Shown one piece after another: positions 20,400-31,137 of a stretch of 64,000 nt of DNA; positions within the stretch are counted from its first letter, which is position 1; every line of letters begins with the position of its first letter. The DNA is taken from NCBI GenBank assembly GCA_051382295.1, contig JBBCAW010000022.1:11120-75119 (forward strand), written 5' to 3'. The DNA is from Bdellovibrionota bacterium FG-1 (lineage in GTDB: Bacteria; Bdellovibrionota; UBA1018). The translations under genes were made by a program, and so were the position numbers. Under the pieces are notes generated by a model that was given only the letters and a program-made list of their open reading frames with translations, did not search any database and was not told the DNA's origin.

Positions 20400-22441
20400 A
20401 GGACCGCCCCCTCCAGCTGGACACGCCCCGAATGAGCATGATGAGCTTGGATCTCCAGATACGGTGGAAAGGTCATTTCAAAACAGGCACCTTGCCCCGG
20501 TTCACGCTCTTGCGCCAAAATTTCGCCGCCATGATCTTCAACCACCTGTTTAATAAATGACAGGCCGAGCCCCGTTCCTTGCGCCCGGGTCGTCATAAAC
20601 GGCGTAAAAAGCCGATTTCGAATGTCATTTGGAATGCCAGGACCGTTGTCCTCCACCTTCACCCAAAGACGTCCGCTCTCCGCACTCCCCATCGCAAAAA
20701 CAATGCAGGGCCGGCTTCCGTCTTGAGGTCCTCGCCCCTCGAGCGCCTGAAGCGAGTTTCGGAGCAAATTGCCAAACACCTGTTCCAGCAAATCCCGATC
20801 CCCATAAACGGCCAACGAATGCCCCCCCTCACGCCGCCAGTCCACGGACACCCCTTGCGACTCGCAGGTATTAGCATAGGTGGCGAGCACGCTTTCGAGG
20901 ACTTCGCTCAGATCGACCCTGACTTTCTTTCCGGCTGAAAGCTTCGACAGCTTCAAATAGTTTTCGGTAATTTTATCCAGACGATCAACCGCCCCCAAAA
21001 TCGACTGAAGCGACTGTTTGAGCGGCAAATGCCCGATTTTTGAGGCAAGCTCCGCAGCCATTTCAGCCTCAAGGCCGATCGAATGCAGGGGATTTCGGAC
21101 CTCATGGGCCACCTGCGCCGACATTCTGCCGACGGCTGCCAGATTTTCGGCCCGCCGGAGTCGCTCTTGAAGATCGATGTCCGCCGTCAGATCTTGAAGC
21201 ACAATAATCGCGCCCCCCACCCCTTCCCGTTTGTGAAGAGGTACGTGATAGCCTCCAAAAATTTTTCCACCCGAGTCCTCAATCAAGCGCGGATCGAGCT
21301 TCCCGCTTTCCAGCAGCTTGGTTCCGTCATGCCCCCCCGGAAAAAAGCCTTTGAGACGTTCCCATCCCAAAAAGTCAGTACCGATCACCTGCTCCGCCTG
21401 ATCTGGGAGCCCCTTTAACCATTGCGAAGCCTGCGGATTGCATTGCGTGATTCGCCCTTGCAGGTCCGTGACGATCACCACGGACTCAATGCTTTCTAAA
21501 ATATTTTCGTTCAGCTCGCCCATTTCCTTGAGTAAACGATTATTTTCGACGAGGCGATTTTTTTGCGCTTCCACAGTCTTTTCACGTTCCAAAAGCGCCG
21601 TGGCCATTCGATGAAATTCCCGCGCCAGCTGACTGACTTCGTCGTCACGGCTGATCGGAATTTCCGGAAGCAACGACTTGTCCTCTTTTCGCAAACCGCG
21701 CCGGGTGATGTCGCGAGCCAAGTGCGTTAACTCAGCCAAAGGCCGCAAAGCCCGTTCGCCCAACCACAACAGCAGAAGCGAAAAAAGGATGACCACCACC
21801 AAAACAATTTCCAACCCCATCCGAAGGTCAGCCACGCGTGTTTCCGCGAGCGAGAAGCTCTGGCGCAAGGCACGCTCATATTCAGCCGAGCCGAACTTCA
21901 CCTGGCGCCGCCATTCTTCCATTTCGGCGGTCCATTTGGGGTAGAGTTCTCCGGCCCGTGTCAAATCATGTTTTTCAAGCGCCGCAAAAAGCAAAGTAGC
22001 ATCGCCACGCAGGTTACGTAAGCCCGCGCCGACCGACATCGCCCACGCAGCCCAATGGGCACGCGCTTCGGGAGTGGCCCAGTTCGATTCACGTCGAATC
22101 ATTTCGCTGAGCCGCGTAACTTCATCCTCAAGAACATCTTCGATCCAGCGCGGCGTGGCGCGCGGACGCCAATGAGGATCAGTCCAATGCGCAAAACCGA
22201 GTCCGCGATCCAACTCCCGCGCAAACACCTCGGCATCCGATTGCATTTGGGTAAAAAGACGACCTAAGGGCACCGAAATCCGATTAATCGTATCGAGCAA
22301 CTGATTCACCTCAGTAATTCGATAGAGACTGCTCGTGGAACCCAAAATAGAAAGCAGCACCAGCCCCACGACAAACGTAAGGATCCGTGCCCGAAGGGTC
22401 ACTTTTTTGCGTGTCTGAAGACCAATCTCTGAAGCTGACAT
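20396..22441 (-). CDS. HAMP-PAS sensor histidine kinase
   Basis: Two TM segments, HAMP, AHEVRNPL H-box, NLLRN, DNGPG, GTGLGL. Confidence 0.95.
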   Translation of the reverse strand: MSASEIGLQTRKKVTLRARILTFVVGLVLLSILGSTSSLYRITEVNQLLDTINRISVPLGRLFTQMQSDAEVFARELDRGLGFAHWTDPHWRPRATPRWIEDVLEDEVTRLSEMIRRESNWATPEARAHWAAWAMSVGAGLRNLRGDATLLFAALEKHDLTRAGELYPKWTAEMEEWRRQVKFGSAEYERALRQSFSLAETRVADLRMGLEIVLVVVILFSLLLLWLGERALRPLAELTHLARDITRRGLRKEDKSLLPEIPISRDDEVSQLAREFHRMATALLEREKTVEAQKNRLVENNRLLKEMGELNENILESIESVVIVTDLQGRITQCNPQASQWLKGLPDQAEQVIGTDFLGWERLKGFFPGGHDGTKLLESGKLDPRLIEDSGGKIFGGYHVPLHKREGVGGAIIVLQDLTADIDLQERLRRAENLAAVGRMSAQVAHEVRNPLHSIGLEAEMAAELASKIGHLPLKQSLQSILGAVDRLDKITENYLKLSKLSAGKKVRVDLSEVLESVLATYANTCESQGVSVDWRREGGHSLAVYGDRDLLEQVFGNLLRNSLQALEGRGPQDGSRPCIVFAMGSAESGRLWVKVEDNGPGIPNDIRNRLFTPFMTTRAQGTGLGLSFIKQVVEDHGGEILAQEREPGQGACFEMTFPPYLEIQAHHAHSGRVQLEGAVL

Positions 22442-22485
22442 TCCCTATTCAGCATAACTCAGTTCCTAAACCAACTCAATCACCG

Positions 22486-24078
22486 TCATGAAACCGGTAA
22501 TTCCAAGCGTGGATAAAGCGGCTTAGGTTCGCCCGGACGATACTGCATTTGCCCCCACTTAAGCGAGGCAAGGGCGCCCTTTTCAGGGGGTTGGGGAATT
22601 TCTAGCTGCTCAAAAACCTTGGGCATCCCAAAGGGCAAAACTGGCATGAGACCCGTCGCAATCCAACGAATTCCCTCAAGTAAAGTGTAAAGCACCTCTT
22701 GAAGCTGCACCAGGGCTTCACGCGACGTCTCAGTAGGAGTCGCGCCCGCTTGCGTAATCACCTTCGCCAGGCCCCAAGGTTTCATTCGATCGATGTAAAG
22801 ATTCAACACACGTGAGCGATCGGTACATGCTTTGGAGTAAGCCGAAGGATCGACCGCTGCGATCGCCGCGTCCAGCTCAGCCGGGAGTTTCTCGAAGGAT
22901 TCACGCACCTCTTTTGAACTCGTGAACGCGGCCGGAACCGAAAGCACTTCGTTCGGAAAATACTTACGAGTCATACTGATGGAACGATTGACAAGATTTC
23001 CCCAGTCATTGGAGAGATCGGCATTGTTTTTAAGAATCAGCAATTCGGGCGCAAAATTACCGTCTTGCGAAAACTGATTTTCCGCGAGCAAATAGTAACG
23101 GAAAGCATCGGGCCCGCTCCAAGCCATGACTTCGTCGGGTGTGACGACGTTCCCCGAGCTCTTGGACATCCGACTGCCGCGAATGGTAATATAGCCGTGC
23201 GCAAATACTTTTTTAGGAAGCGGCAAATCGAGCGCCATGAGCATCGCTGGCCAATACACACAATGAAAACGTGAAATATCCTTGCCAATCACGTGCAGCA
23301 TGGCTGGCCAGCGTGCATCAAATTCCCGAGCTTTTTCTGAGGTCGGCTCTTTGAGTTTGAACTCCATGCCCGCTGCGGTGAGATAATTAATCAAGGCGTC
23401 AAACCACACATACACGACATGCTGAGGATCCCAAGGGAGCGAAATCCCCCAAGTAAAAGTGGAGCGAGAAATCGAGAAATCCTTTAAGCCGGATTGAATA
23501 AAGTTAACGACTTCGGCGCGACGGTATTCAGGCTGCAAAAAATCCGGCCGCTCTTGGAAAAGCTTCAGCAGTGCGTCTTGATACTTGGAAAGTTTGAAAA
23601 AATAATTCTCTTCCGAGATCCATTTGGGCTTGGTTTTATGGGTCGGACAAAGGCCATCGACCAAATCTTTTTCAGTATAAAAAGCCTCGCACCCTTCGCA
23701 ATAATGCCCTTCGTACTTAGCCTTATAAATATCGCCTTGATCAAAAGCCTTTTTGACGAGTTGTTGAACGACCCACTCATGATCGGGGTCAGAGGTCCGA
23801 ATAAAGCGATCATAGCTCATGCCCATTTGACGCAAAACTTTTTCGATGTCGGCGGCCATCTGATCGCAATACGCCTTGGGCGAAAGCTCTTTGCTCTCGG
23901 CCGCGCGCTGCACATTGATGGAGTGCTCATCCATACCGGTGGCAAAAAAGGTTTCTTTGCCTTGCAGTCTCATTGCGCGAACCAACCAGTCCGCACCGAG
24001 GCACTCCCAGGCCCAGCCGACATGAATGCGCGAATTGGGATATACGATAGCCGTAGTGACGTATTGGACTTGTGACAT
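22486..24078 (-). CDS. metG: Methionyl-tRNA synthetase (short form)
   Basis: TGMDEH, YCEGCE, YVWFDALINY, GKDI, RMSKS; HIGH motif reads HVGW. Confidence 0.95.
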   Translation of the reverse strand: MSQVQYVTTAIVYPNSRIHVGWAWECLGADWLVRAMRLQGKETFFATGMDEHSINVQRAAESKELSPKAYCDQMAADIEKVLRQMGMSYDRFIRTSDPDHEWVVQQLVKKAFDQGDIYKAKYEGHYCEGCEAFYTEKDLVDGLCPTHKTKPKWISEENYFFKLSKYQDALLKLFQERPDFLQPEYRRAEVVNFIQSGLKDFSISRSTFTWGISLPWDPQHVVYVWFDALINYLTAAGMEFKLKEPTSEKAREFDARWPAMLHVIGKDISRFHCVYWPAMLMALDLPLPKKVFAHGYITIRGSRMSKSSGNVVTPDEVMAWSGPDAFRYYLLAENQFSQDGNFAPELLILKNNADLSNDWGNLVNRSISMTRKYFPNEVLSVPAAFTSSKEVRESFEKLPAELDAAIAAVDPSAYSKACTDRSRVLNLYIDRMKPWGLAKVITQAGATPTETSREALVQLQEVLYTLLEGIRWIATGLMPVLPFGMPKVFEQLEIPQPPEKGALASLKWGQMQYRPGEPKPLYPRLELPVS

Positions 24079-24083
24079 GTAAA

Positions 24084-24443
24084 TTACTCTGATTTTTGAG
24101 GAGAAGACCCGACTTCGGATCGTTCGGACTGAATTTCGGATCCTTCTTTCGGCTCGGGTTTATGCTTGCCGTTCTTGGATTTTCCGAAACGAAGCCGAAC
24201 CCCCGCGCCCATAGAGGATTGACCGCCAGGCCCCATTTGGGCTGAAGAAGCTCCTGGCACCGCCTCTGGTGCGGCTTGTCCCACCGGTGCGGGTTCGACT
24301 TCGGGAGCCTCCGGCTCGATCTCAGTGGTCACGCTCTTGCCACCAGTCGGCTTGCCGCTGGGCTCGGCCCAACTCGACTGGGTCAGCGTCACGAGTGAAA
24401 TCGATAATAAAATCGGCAATGAGATTCGAAATAGACTCAACAT
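24084..24443 (-). CDS. Small secreted low-complexity hypothetical protein
   Basis: Signal peptide ending SSWA; Pro/Glu/Gly/Ser-rich. Confidence 0.55.
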   Translation of the reverse strand: MLSLFRISLPILLSISLVTLTQSSWAEPSGKPTGGKSVTTEIEPEAPEVEPAPVGQAAPEAVPGASSAQMGPGGQSSMGAGVRLRFGKSKNGKHKPEPKEGSEIQSERSEVGSSPQKSE

Positions 24444-24519
24444 GGCCGCATCTTAGCTTGAAAACGGGTTTTCTGCGATACTTGAATTGAGATTTAAATC
24501 TCGCCAAATAGCGCACAGC

Positions 24520-24537
24520 AACACCGACGTCGGTGTT
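24520..24537. repeat. Dispersed palindrome, copy 3
   Basis: AACACCGACGTCGGTGTT, 20 bp from the ATPase stop. Confidence 0.9.
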
Positions 24538-24557
24538 TCAGCGACGCATCGGTCCCC

Positions 24558-25739
24558 CTAACTCCACACCGTCCATGGAAGAATGGAGATGCCCGTTTCT
24601 TGAACGTGAGCCCGGTCCACTGGCGCGAGTAAGATGCCTCGTTTGGACTTCAATTTCTTCATCGCGCCTAAAACCGATTTCTCGTGCCAACCCCAAGGAC
24701 CACGGCCAACATCAGCAAGAGGAACCACCCGAATTGGGGTATTATCCAAAATCATATCAACGGGAGTGCCCTTGGCACTTTTAAAGTACCGGACAAAAAA
24801 CCGGGCTCCAGAATTTTCGTGATGTGAGAAAAGCTCATTCAACAGGGTCAGCCTTGAGAGTGAAAGCGTCGCCCCCTCGCTCTGAACCTCTTTCATTAAA
24901 TAACTGGCCAGGCCAGAGTCTGTAGGCAGCCAAATTTCCTTTCCCGTCCCAAGTTCATGGCAGGAAATTCTTCGAATTATAAAAATACTCTCTAAACCCA
25001 GGAGATAGCGATTGAGTCTTCGTGATGATGAAGCCTGAAAGTGTGCCGTCGTCGGAAGCTCTCCTTCTCGCAAAGCCTTTCCCATTTGCTCCAAAAGGGA
25101 GAAGGCAAAATCGGCTTCAAAGCCTTTTCCCATCAGTCGGGCAAGGTCCCGTAAAATACTGGTATTCAACCAACCATTCCAAAAAAGCTCAATCTGAGAG
25201 GGATCTCGGAGAAACATCGGTATGGGCACCCCTCCTCGGACCATCGCCTTAGAGAAATCCTGCAACGAAATACGAGGAACCCATCCATCTTTGATTTTTA
25301 AGGTAGGCAATTCAGGAGGTTCCATTTCTAAGGCTTCGGAAATATTTAAAGGAAATAGATGAAGAACGCCCATTCTTCCTGTGAGCGATTCTCTGATCCC
25401 ACTTCCTTCTGAGAAAGAAGCTGACCCGGTTACAAAGAATTGCCCGGGCTTTCGGTTCTTGTGCACGAGAAGCTTCAAGGCATCAAAAAGTTTGGGCACC
25501 TTTTGAATTTCATCGACTAACGCCGGAGTCTCGAGCTTGGAAAGAAAAGATACCGCCGAGTTTTCGGCGTCACCTCGAGTGGAATCATGGTCCAAGGATG
25601 CGCTCGAATGAAAACGCACCTGCTTTTCCAAAAACGTCGTTTTTCCCACCTGTCGCAAGCCCACCACACCGATAGCAGGCCAAAAAGAGGCAAGTTTTTT
25701 GAGACGACTTGCGGCTTGTCTGGGTCTAAAATGGGGCAT
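24558..25739 (-). CDS. AAA_14/DUF4143-type ATP-binding protein
   Basis: GLRQVGKTT, LVDEIQKVP, FFVTGSA, ESLTGR, RGGVP, DSGL. Confidence 0.88.
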   Translation of the reverse strand: MPHFRPRQAASRLKKLASFWPAIGVVGLRQVGKTTFLEKQVRFHSSASLDHDSTRGDAENSAVSFLSKLETPALVDEIQKVPKLFDALKLLVHKNRKPGQFFVTGSASFSEGSGIRESLTGRMGVLHLFPLNISEALEMEPPELPTLKIKDGWVPRISLQDFSKAMVRGGVPIPMFLRDPSQIELFWNGWLNTSILRDLARLMGKGFEADFAFSLLEQMGKALREGELPTTAHFQASSSRRLNRYLLGLESIFIIRRISCHELGTGKEIWLPTDSGLASYLMKEVQSEGATLSLSRLTLLNELFSHHENSGARFFVRYFKSAKGTPVDMILDNTPIRVVPLADVGRGPWGWHEKSVLGAMKKLKSKRGILLAPVDRAHVQETGISILPWTVWS

Positions 25740-25746
25740 TTTATAA

Positions 25747-25794
25747 AAATACTACCAATAATATGCTATCACAAGTAGTAAAATGGTAGTATTT
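25747..25794. promoter_or_regulatory. Inverted repeat in the AT-rich promoter of the ATPase (possible operator)
   Basis: AAATACTACCA (25747-25757) and TGGTAGTATTT (25784-25794). Confidence 0.5.
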
Positions 25795-25964
25795 ACATTT
25801 ATTGAGAGCGCTTGCTCGTTTAGCTCTACCTGTGCCAGAAAAGGAAACCACCCAAAAGATACCCGTCACCCAGGAAACCGAGAGCTTCGTGCAACGCATC
25901 TGGCAGTAATAGAGTGAACCTTACCCAACTAAATCAGTTGCCTGCGGCGCAATAAGCGCAACAT

Positions 25965-26663
25965 TTAAGTCGGGTTTAGCCCAACCTCAAACGCATGTTG
26001 CAAGACTTTGGCGCCGGCAAGCGGCCCGGTAAACTCCGCCGAAACATCACAAGCCTCCAGATGCTTCACCTGAAAGGGAGCCCCATAAAGTCGAGCCACC
26101 TCTTCTGGAGTCACCGAAAACGGAGGCCCCGCAAAACGATCTTGAGGATATTCGAGCGTGCTCAGGAGCATTTTAAAATTCAAAAACACGGGCTTCGACT
26201 GACTCAAACTCGCCACCAACGCTTTCAAATGCGCGGCGTATTTCTGGCGAAGCTCCGGAGGAAGTGCAATCAGCGCTGCTCGATCGTAAATGCCTGTCAC
26301 GTCCTCTAAATCGCTTGGGGTGAGGTTAAAAAAATCTCCCTCATCAAGAGTGAAAGGCCCACCCTGATAAATTCGAAAGGGACCGTGAGGGCGTTTTTGA
26401 ATGATCTCGCTGGGAAAATTTTCCGCAAAAAAAGCCTCACAAGCGACGGGACTCAACTCAACGCCCAACACCGGGGTCGTTGAAGAACCCTCGACCGCAT
26501 TTTGAGAAAGCCACAAAAGGTCTCGACTCTTCCCGGAAAACGGCACAAAAACCCGTCCTCCGCTCCGCTTCGGCCAATGCTTCAAAAGCATGGGCTCGAA
26601 TTCATCCTGATGAAATCCAATTTTACCCACTGCCCATCTTTCCAACCAAAACTGAGGCTCCAT
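25965..26663 (-). CDS. tpm: Thiopurine S-methyltransferase family protein
   Basis: MEPQFWLERW..GKIGFHQ, RVFVPFSGKSRDL, YDRAALIALP, GPPFSV; start ATG 26663. Confidence 0.9.
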   Translation of the reverse strand: MEPQFWLERWAVGKIGFHQDEFEPMLLKHWPKRSGGRVFVPFSGKSRDLLWLSQNAVEGSSTTPVLGVELSPVACEAFFAENFPSEIIQKRPHGPFRIYQGGPFTLDEGDFFNLTPSDLEDVTGIYDRAALIALPPELRQKYAAHLKALVASLSQSKPVFLNFKMLLSTLEYPQDRFAGPPFSVTPEEVARLYGAPFQVKHLEACDVSAEFTGPLAGAKVLQHAFEVGLNPT

Positions 26664-26730
26664 AAGGAAATTCCTAGCAGAATTAGGTGAGGGAGTCCGT
26701 ACCTTTTGGTAGAGAGCTGCGTCAAGTGGG

Positions 26731-27261
26731 CTAATTGGACCGCCGAGATTCAGGGGCGAGATAATCGACGTAAGAAAGATCCAGGAGGTCGTCACCCCGA
26801 ATCCCAAAAGCTTGCATCAATTCATTAACCTTCGCGGTTTGGATTGAGTGCTCCTCGACTGAGTCATTCTTGCAAACAGCTTCAAATTCAACAAAAGTTC
26901 CTAGCCCCTTCACCTCATCCAGGTGAACGCGCACGTTCTCAATCAAAAAGACCTCTCTTCGTTTATCGACGACAAACTCGATACCTAAGAGATGCCCTAG
27001 AAGAGCCTTCAAATGATTCGGATCCTCAACCGGGAGAAGTGCGTAATCGCTTCGCATTGGACCGGTTTGATAGTCCTTTAAATACGGAATCAACTGCGCG
27101 GTCGTGCCATTTATTTCCCGTAATTTGAGTCGACCCGCTTGAGTGATAAAATACGTATCTACCTGGTGCAATACGCCCAGATTGTCCGTTTTGAATTTGA
27201 GAGCCACGCTTCGCGCTTTTTTTAGATCAGAACACCGGGCCTTGATTTCGATGTTGGGCAT
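26731..27261 (-). CDS. CYTH domain protein (class IV adenylate cyclase-like)
   Basis: NIEIKAR, QVDTYF, RLKLRE, HLDEVKGLGTFVEFE. Confidence 0.9.
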   Translation of the reverse strand: MPNIEIKARCSDLKKARSVALKFKTDNLGVLHQVDTYFITQAGRLKLREINGTTAQLIPYLKDYQTGPMRSDYALLPVEDPNHLKALLGHLLGIEFVVDKRREVFLIENVRVHLDEVKGLGTFVEFEAVCKNDSVEEHSIQTAKVNELMQAFGIRGDDLLDLSYVDYLAPESRRSN

Positions 27262-27301
27262 GAAGAATCGTTAACCCAAAAAGCAGACCTTTCCAAGAAT
27301 T

Positions 27302-28291
27302 TTAGAGACCTTCGCCCCGGCCCGACTTTACGGCACTCCTTACTTTTTTCAGCTCTCCCTGGAGCAACTCCGCCTCACTCCCTCGTCCACTCTCGGTGAG
27401 AACCTCGATCAGTCTTTCCAAAAGACTGTCTCGATCCTCCACTTCTGGAATGAGCAGCGCCCGGCGCAAAATGGACTCAGACCGATCCAATTGAGGGGTG
27501 ATGGAACGTCCGCCCTCCTGATAACAATCGGACCAGTGAATCCAACCCCATCCCCATTTTGGGTGAGTCGAAACGACCCGCTCGAAAAGTTCGTCGGCCT
27601 TCTCTTTTTTTCCTAATTTGAAATAGGATTCTGCCATGGCCGCAGTAAAGCGCTCACTAAAATAGGGGTCATTAAACTGTTTGAGAAAATTTTCAGTAAA
27701 ATGAATTCGCTCCTCAAAAAACCGAGGGTCATCGATCGCCGCGTTCAATAGCTCAAGTTCAAAATCCTGTGACCAATTAAACAAACTTTGAGTTCCGCAA
27801 AACAAATCATCCCATTGAGAGACCGTGGAAATCATTTTCCCCCGTGCAATCTTTAAAACTTGATTCCAAGTTTTGAGCCAAGCTTCGCAGGCACGAACCG
27901 AATCATTCTGCTCGAGCAACTCATAGCCCTGTTGCATGTGGTCGTCGATGGATTCAAAACTCGGCTGTTCAGGAAGCCACCGCTCCCAAAGGATGGTCAG
28001 GGCAATCCAGACCCAATCGACCTCCCGGGCTTCGGATTCGATTGAATATTGTTCCCAAAGCGATTCGGCCCAATCTTGGGCCGAAATAAACTCAGATGCC
28101 GCTTGAATGAAGGTTTCGCGGTTAAAGGAAATGCCCCAGTCTTTCAATTTTTCAAGAAGCTGCTCATCACTCAGTGCCCTTCCTTTCGAACGGGTCGGGC
28201 GGGTGCCTTGCCCAAGCTTCCCTTTTGGGTGTTTCTTGGATTCCTCTTCTATCATCCGATCTATGGCCACAAATGAGAGATTCATCTTCAT
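27302..28291 (-). CDS. Hypothetical TPR-like helical protein
   Basis: 329 aa; MAESYFKLGKKEKADELFE...HPKWGWGWIHWSD helical repeats. Confidence 0.7.
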   Translation of the reverse strand: MKMNLSFVAIDRMIEEESKKHPKGKLGQGTRPTRSKGRALSDEQLLEKLKDWGISFNRETFIQAASEFISAQDWAESLWEQYSIESEAREVDWVWIALTILWERWLPEQPSFESIDDHMQQGYELLEQNDSVRACEAWLKTWNQVLKIARGKMISTVSQWDDLFCGTQSLFNWSQDFELELLNAAIDDPRFFEERIHFTENFLKQFNDPYFSERFTAAMAESYFKLGKKEKADELFERVVSTHPKWGWGWIHWSDCYQEGGRSITPQLDRSESILRRALLIPEVEDRDSLLERLIEVLTESGRGSEAELLQGELKKVRSAVKSGRGEGL

Positions 28292-28399
28292 CTCCTAGAA
28301 AAAGCAAGGTTACCATCTGGATCTCACTCCTTCAACAAGCGCATGGACTGAATCCGACGAACGGCACTCAGAGTAACCCAGGCCCTTCACCGCAAATTC

Positions 28400-28417
28400 A
28401 ACACCGACGTCGGTGTC
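28400..28417. repeat. Dispersed palindrome, copy 4
   Basis: AACACCGACGTCGGTGTC. Confidence 0.88.
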
Positions 28418-28527
28418 CTCAAGCGCCGCTCTGGGGCCCCAATTCATTGTCAAAAACATGACACCCCAACACCCCCTCAAATCCTCACGCCACCTACCGA
28501 TAAGGTACTGGAAGGAGTTTATTCGTT

Positions 28528-29946
28528 TTGCAAAAACTCGGCAAAATCGCATTTGTGATCGACGAACGGCTCTCGCGCGACCGTCGTGGAATCCTCACGC
28601 GCCTCATCGCCTCCGTGCGCCACTTTGCCACAATTCAAATCCTCCATGGCGAGGTCGACGAAACTACCCTCTTACAAAAAATTCAGGCCGAACCCTTTCA
28701 GCTCGTACTGGCCCCCTGGTACCACTATCTGAGCTGGAGCAAAACCGAAGCCCATTATGGCCGTACGCGCACCAGCGGGCCCACGTTTGCTGGCTATTTT
28801 TGCGAACCCATCCCCCCCCTGCAACTCGGGTCGCAAGCCGATCATCTTCGGGCCATTCTTTTAGACTTTACCCATCTTCAGCCGTCCGAGTCCTGCAAAC
28901 TGATTCGAAGCTTGCTCCATGATTCTCTTCGCACCGGAATCACGCCACTACTGGATTCCAACGCCTCCGTCTATTGCGAAAACTGGATGAACCATCAAGG
29001 GCAAGGTCTACGTGTCGACCAAATACTGAAACTTCCCGAGATCAGCCAATTCGAATGGACGGCCCGCGCTCCGGCGATTCGCGTGGTTTTAAGCGCGCTT
29101 TGGGGGCTCATTTACGAAGAAGGCCCCGGAAAAAGCGAATTCGCCCAAGCCATTTCGGGAGGTACTCGCCCACGGGCTTATTTTGAAATCGGATGCGATG
29201 CCCACACTCTGGTTTTTCGACTTTGGTATAGCATGCCGGGCTGGGGCCCAAAAAACGCGCTGACTCAGTTTTGGCCTAACCCCGAAAAACCCACGGCCGC
29301 CCCTCAGTTTTTGCTCAAATTTGCCGACTTTTTACGGGTCCACACGATTGAGGGTACCGGGGATGTTGAAGTCGTTGTCGGTCTTTTCGCATCCCGCCCC
29401 TCCGAAAAAGCGCACTCGCAAATTCACAGTTTATGGATCGAGCCGATTGCCAGCCATCTGATTTCTGAAATCCCCTTTGAAGGTCCCAATCCCCGACAAC
29501 CGTGGCTTAAAGCCCTGCCAGGAATCCCAGCAGGAGCCCAACAAGCAGGAAGCAAAAAGGAACAGGGGCAAGACCTTCTCCAGGCTAAAGACCGATTTAT
29601 TGCGGAGGCCACTCAAAAAATTCGCAAGCTGCAACGCGAAATTGAGCAGCGTGACGAACTCATTCGTGACCTCAAAACTGGAGGCGTAGGAACCGCAAAG
29701 GTGCTCCCCATACCGGATCCCGAGAGTCTTTTAGAAGCCTTTCAAGAAAGGTATTTTGAGGCCGAAATGCAGCTCAAACAGTTTGAAATGCGGATTGCCG
29801 AAATCGAACAAAAAGGAGCGAGTGCCACTGAGATTCAAGCGCTGCAAGAAAAAATGGCAACGCTTAGCGCGCGTCAGCAAGGTTGGATCAGACAACTCGC
29901 CAGCACGCTCCACATCCCGCGTAAAATTCGAAAGACGGGTGGGTGA
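28528..29946 (+). CDS. Hypothetical protein with C-terminal coiled coil
   Basis: TTG start after GGAG; 472 aa; heptad-rich tail; coupled to the HD-GYP gene. Confidence 0.7.
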   Translation: MQKLGKIAFVIDERLSRDRRGILTRLIASVRHFATIQILHGEVDETTLLQKIQAEPFQLVLAPWYHYLSWSKTEAHYGRTRTSGPTFAGYFCEPIPPLQLGSQADHLRAILLDFTHLQPSESCKLIRSLLHDSLRTGITPLLDSNASVYCENWMNHQGQGLRVDQILKLPEISQFEWTARAPAIRVVLSALWGLIYEEGPGKSEFAQAISGGTRPRAYFEIGCDAHTLVFRLWYSMPGWGPKNALTQFWPNPEKPTAAPQFLLKFADFLRVHTIEGTGDVEVVVGLFASRPSEKAHSQIHSLWIEPIASHLISEIPFEGPNPRQPWLKALPGIPAGAQQAGSKKEQGQDLLQAKDRFIAEATQKIRKLQREIEQRDELIRDLKTGGVGTAKVLPIPDPESLLEAFQERYFEAEMQLKQFEMRIAEIEQKGASATEIQALQEKMATLSARQQGWIRQLASTLHIPRKIRKTGG

Positions 29947-29949
29947 CCC

Positions 29950-31074
29950 ATGCTTCGCTCCAAGCGCATTGAAGATTACATCGAGGCCCCCTTGGACACC
30001 TTCAAGCCGGACCAAAGCATTCCCGTGGATATTCACCTTTTTTTTGCGAGAAATCGCTCAATTTTAATTTGGTGTAAAACTGGCGAAACCATTTCGTCGG
30101 ACCAACTCGCTCAACAACATACGCGAGGAATTCATCGCGCCTGGATCCATCGCGACGATATCATTGCCTGGCACCGGTATTTAGGGGCCGAATCCCATCC
30201 AGCGCGAGTACCCCCTACCCTCCGCACCGAGGAGGCAATCGCTCTTCAGGAGGTCTTGAGTCACCCCACACTCGAGGACCGCACCAAAAACGCACTGACT
30301 GCCTCTGCAGCCCGAGACGTACTGAACAGCTCCGCGACAGCAGAAACCGATCAGGGGGTCCTTTATGCGCGACTTTTCGTGCGCGACATTCTCGACATCG
30401 TACTCGACTCCGCCACCGAGCAAACTCGAAGTTTAACCAATGAGCTTTGGACTCTGGGGACAGCCCACCCCAAAATGGACCACGCGCTCAATGTCGCGAC
30501 CTTTGCCGTCCTCTTTGCGATGGCCTCCGGCCGGAGCGACGAGCCCCTGCTCGTCGATGTCGCCCTCGCCTCGCTTCTGCATGACATTGGCTTGACTCAA
30601 CTTTCGACCCAAATCACCACTCAACCTCAAACTCATCATCTTTACCAACATCGACAAAAATACGCACTCCACGTCGATGAAGGGATCAGGCTCATCAACA
30701 CCCATGTTCGAGGAATGCCGCCTCGAGTTAAATCTCTCATTTCTCAGCATCACGAAAAAGTGGATGGAACCGGCTACCCCCGATCCCTGGTCGATCGCCA
30801 GATCGATGAGACCGCACAATACTTAATCTTAGCGGATCTGCTCGAATCCGTGGCTTCAGGCCGATGGGATGGCACCATTCGCTCGCTGAAAGAAGCCCTG
30901 ACCGCGATTGAGACGCTTCAAAGTGAACGCGCCGCACCCGAATATGTTCGCCCGGGATTGCTTTATGCCGTGACTCGCTGGATTCGTGATGGCCTCGGCG
31001 CAAAAAGCCCCCATGAAACCGCCCAACGACTCCGGAACCAGGCGGATGCTCTTTTGGCCAGACACGCTTCTTAA
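29950..31074 (+). CDS. HD-GYP domain protein (c-di-GMP phosphodiesterase-like)
   Basis: DHALNV, LLHDIG, HHEKVDGTGYP. Confidence 0.88.
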   Translation: MLRSKRIEDYIEAPLDTFKPDQSIPVDIHLFFARNRSILIWCKTGETISSDQLAQQHTRGIHRAWIHRDDIIAWHRYLGAESHPARVPPTLRTEEAIALQEVLSHPTLEDRTKNALTASAARDVLNSSATAETDQGVLYARLFVRDILDIVLDSATEQTRSLTNELWTLGTAHPKMDHALNVATFAVLFAMASGRSDEPLLVDVALASLLHDIGLTQLSTQITTQPQTHHLYQHRQKYALHVDEGIRLINTHVRGMPPRVKSLISQHHEKVDGTGYPRSLVDRQIDETAQYLILADLLESVASGRWDGTIRSLKEALTAIETLQSERAAPEYVRPGLLYAVTRWIRDGLGAKSPHETAQRLRNQADALLARHAS

Positions 31075-31137
31075 CAAATTTGGATAAAGCGGGGTAAGTG
31101 TGGCGCTGGCCGCAAACTCGGGTTATGAACTCAATAT

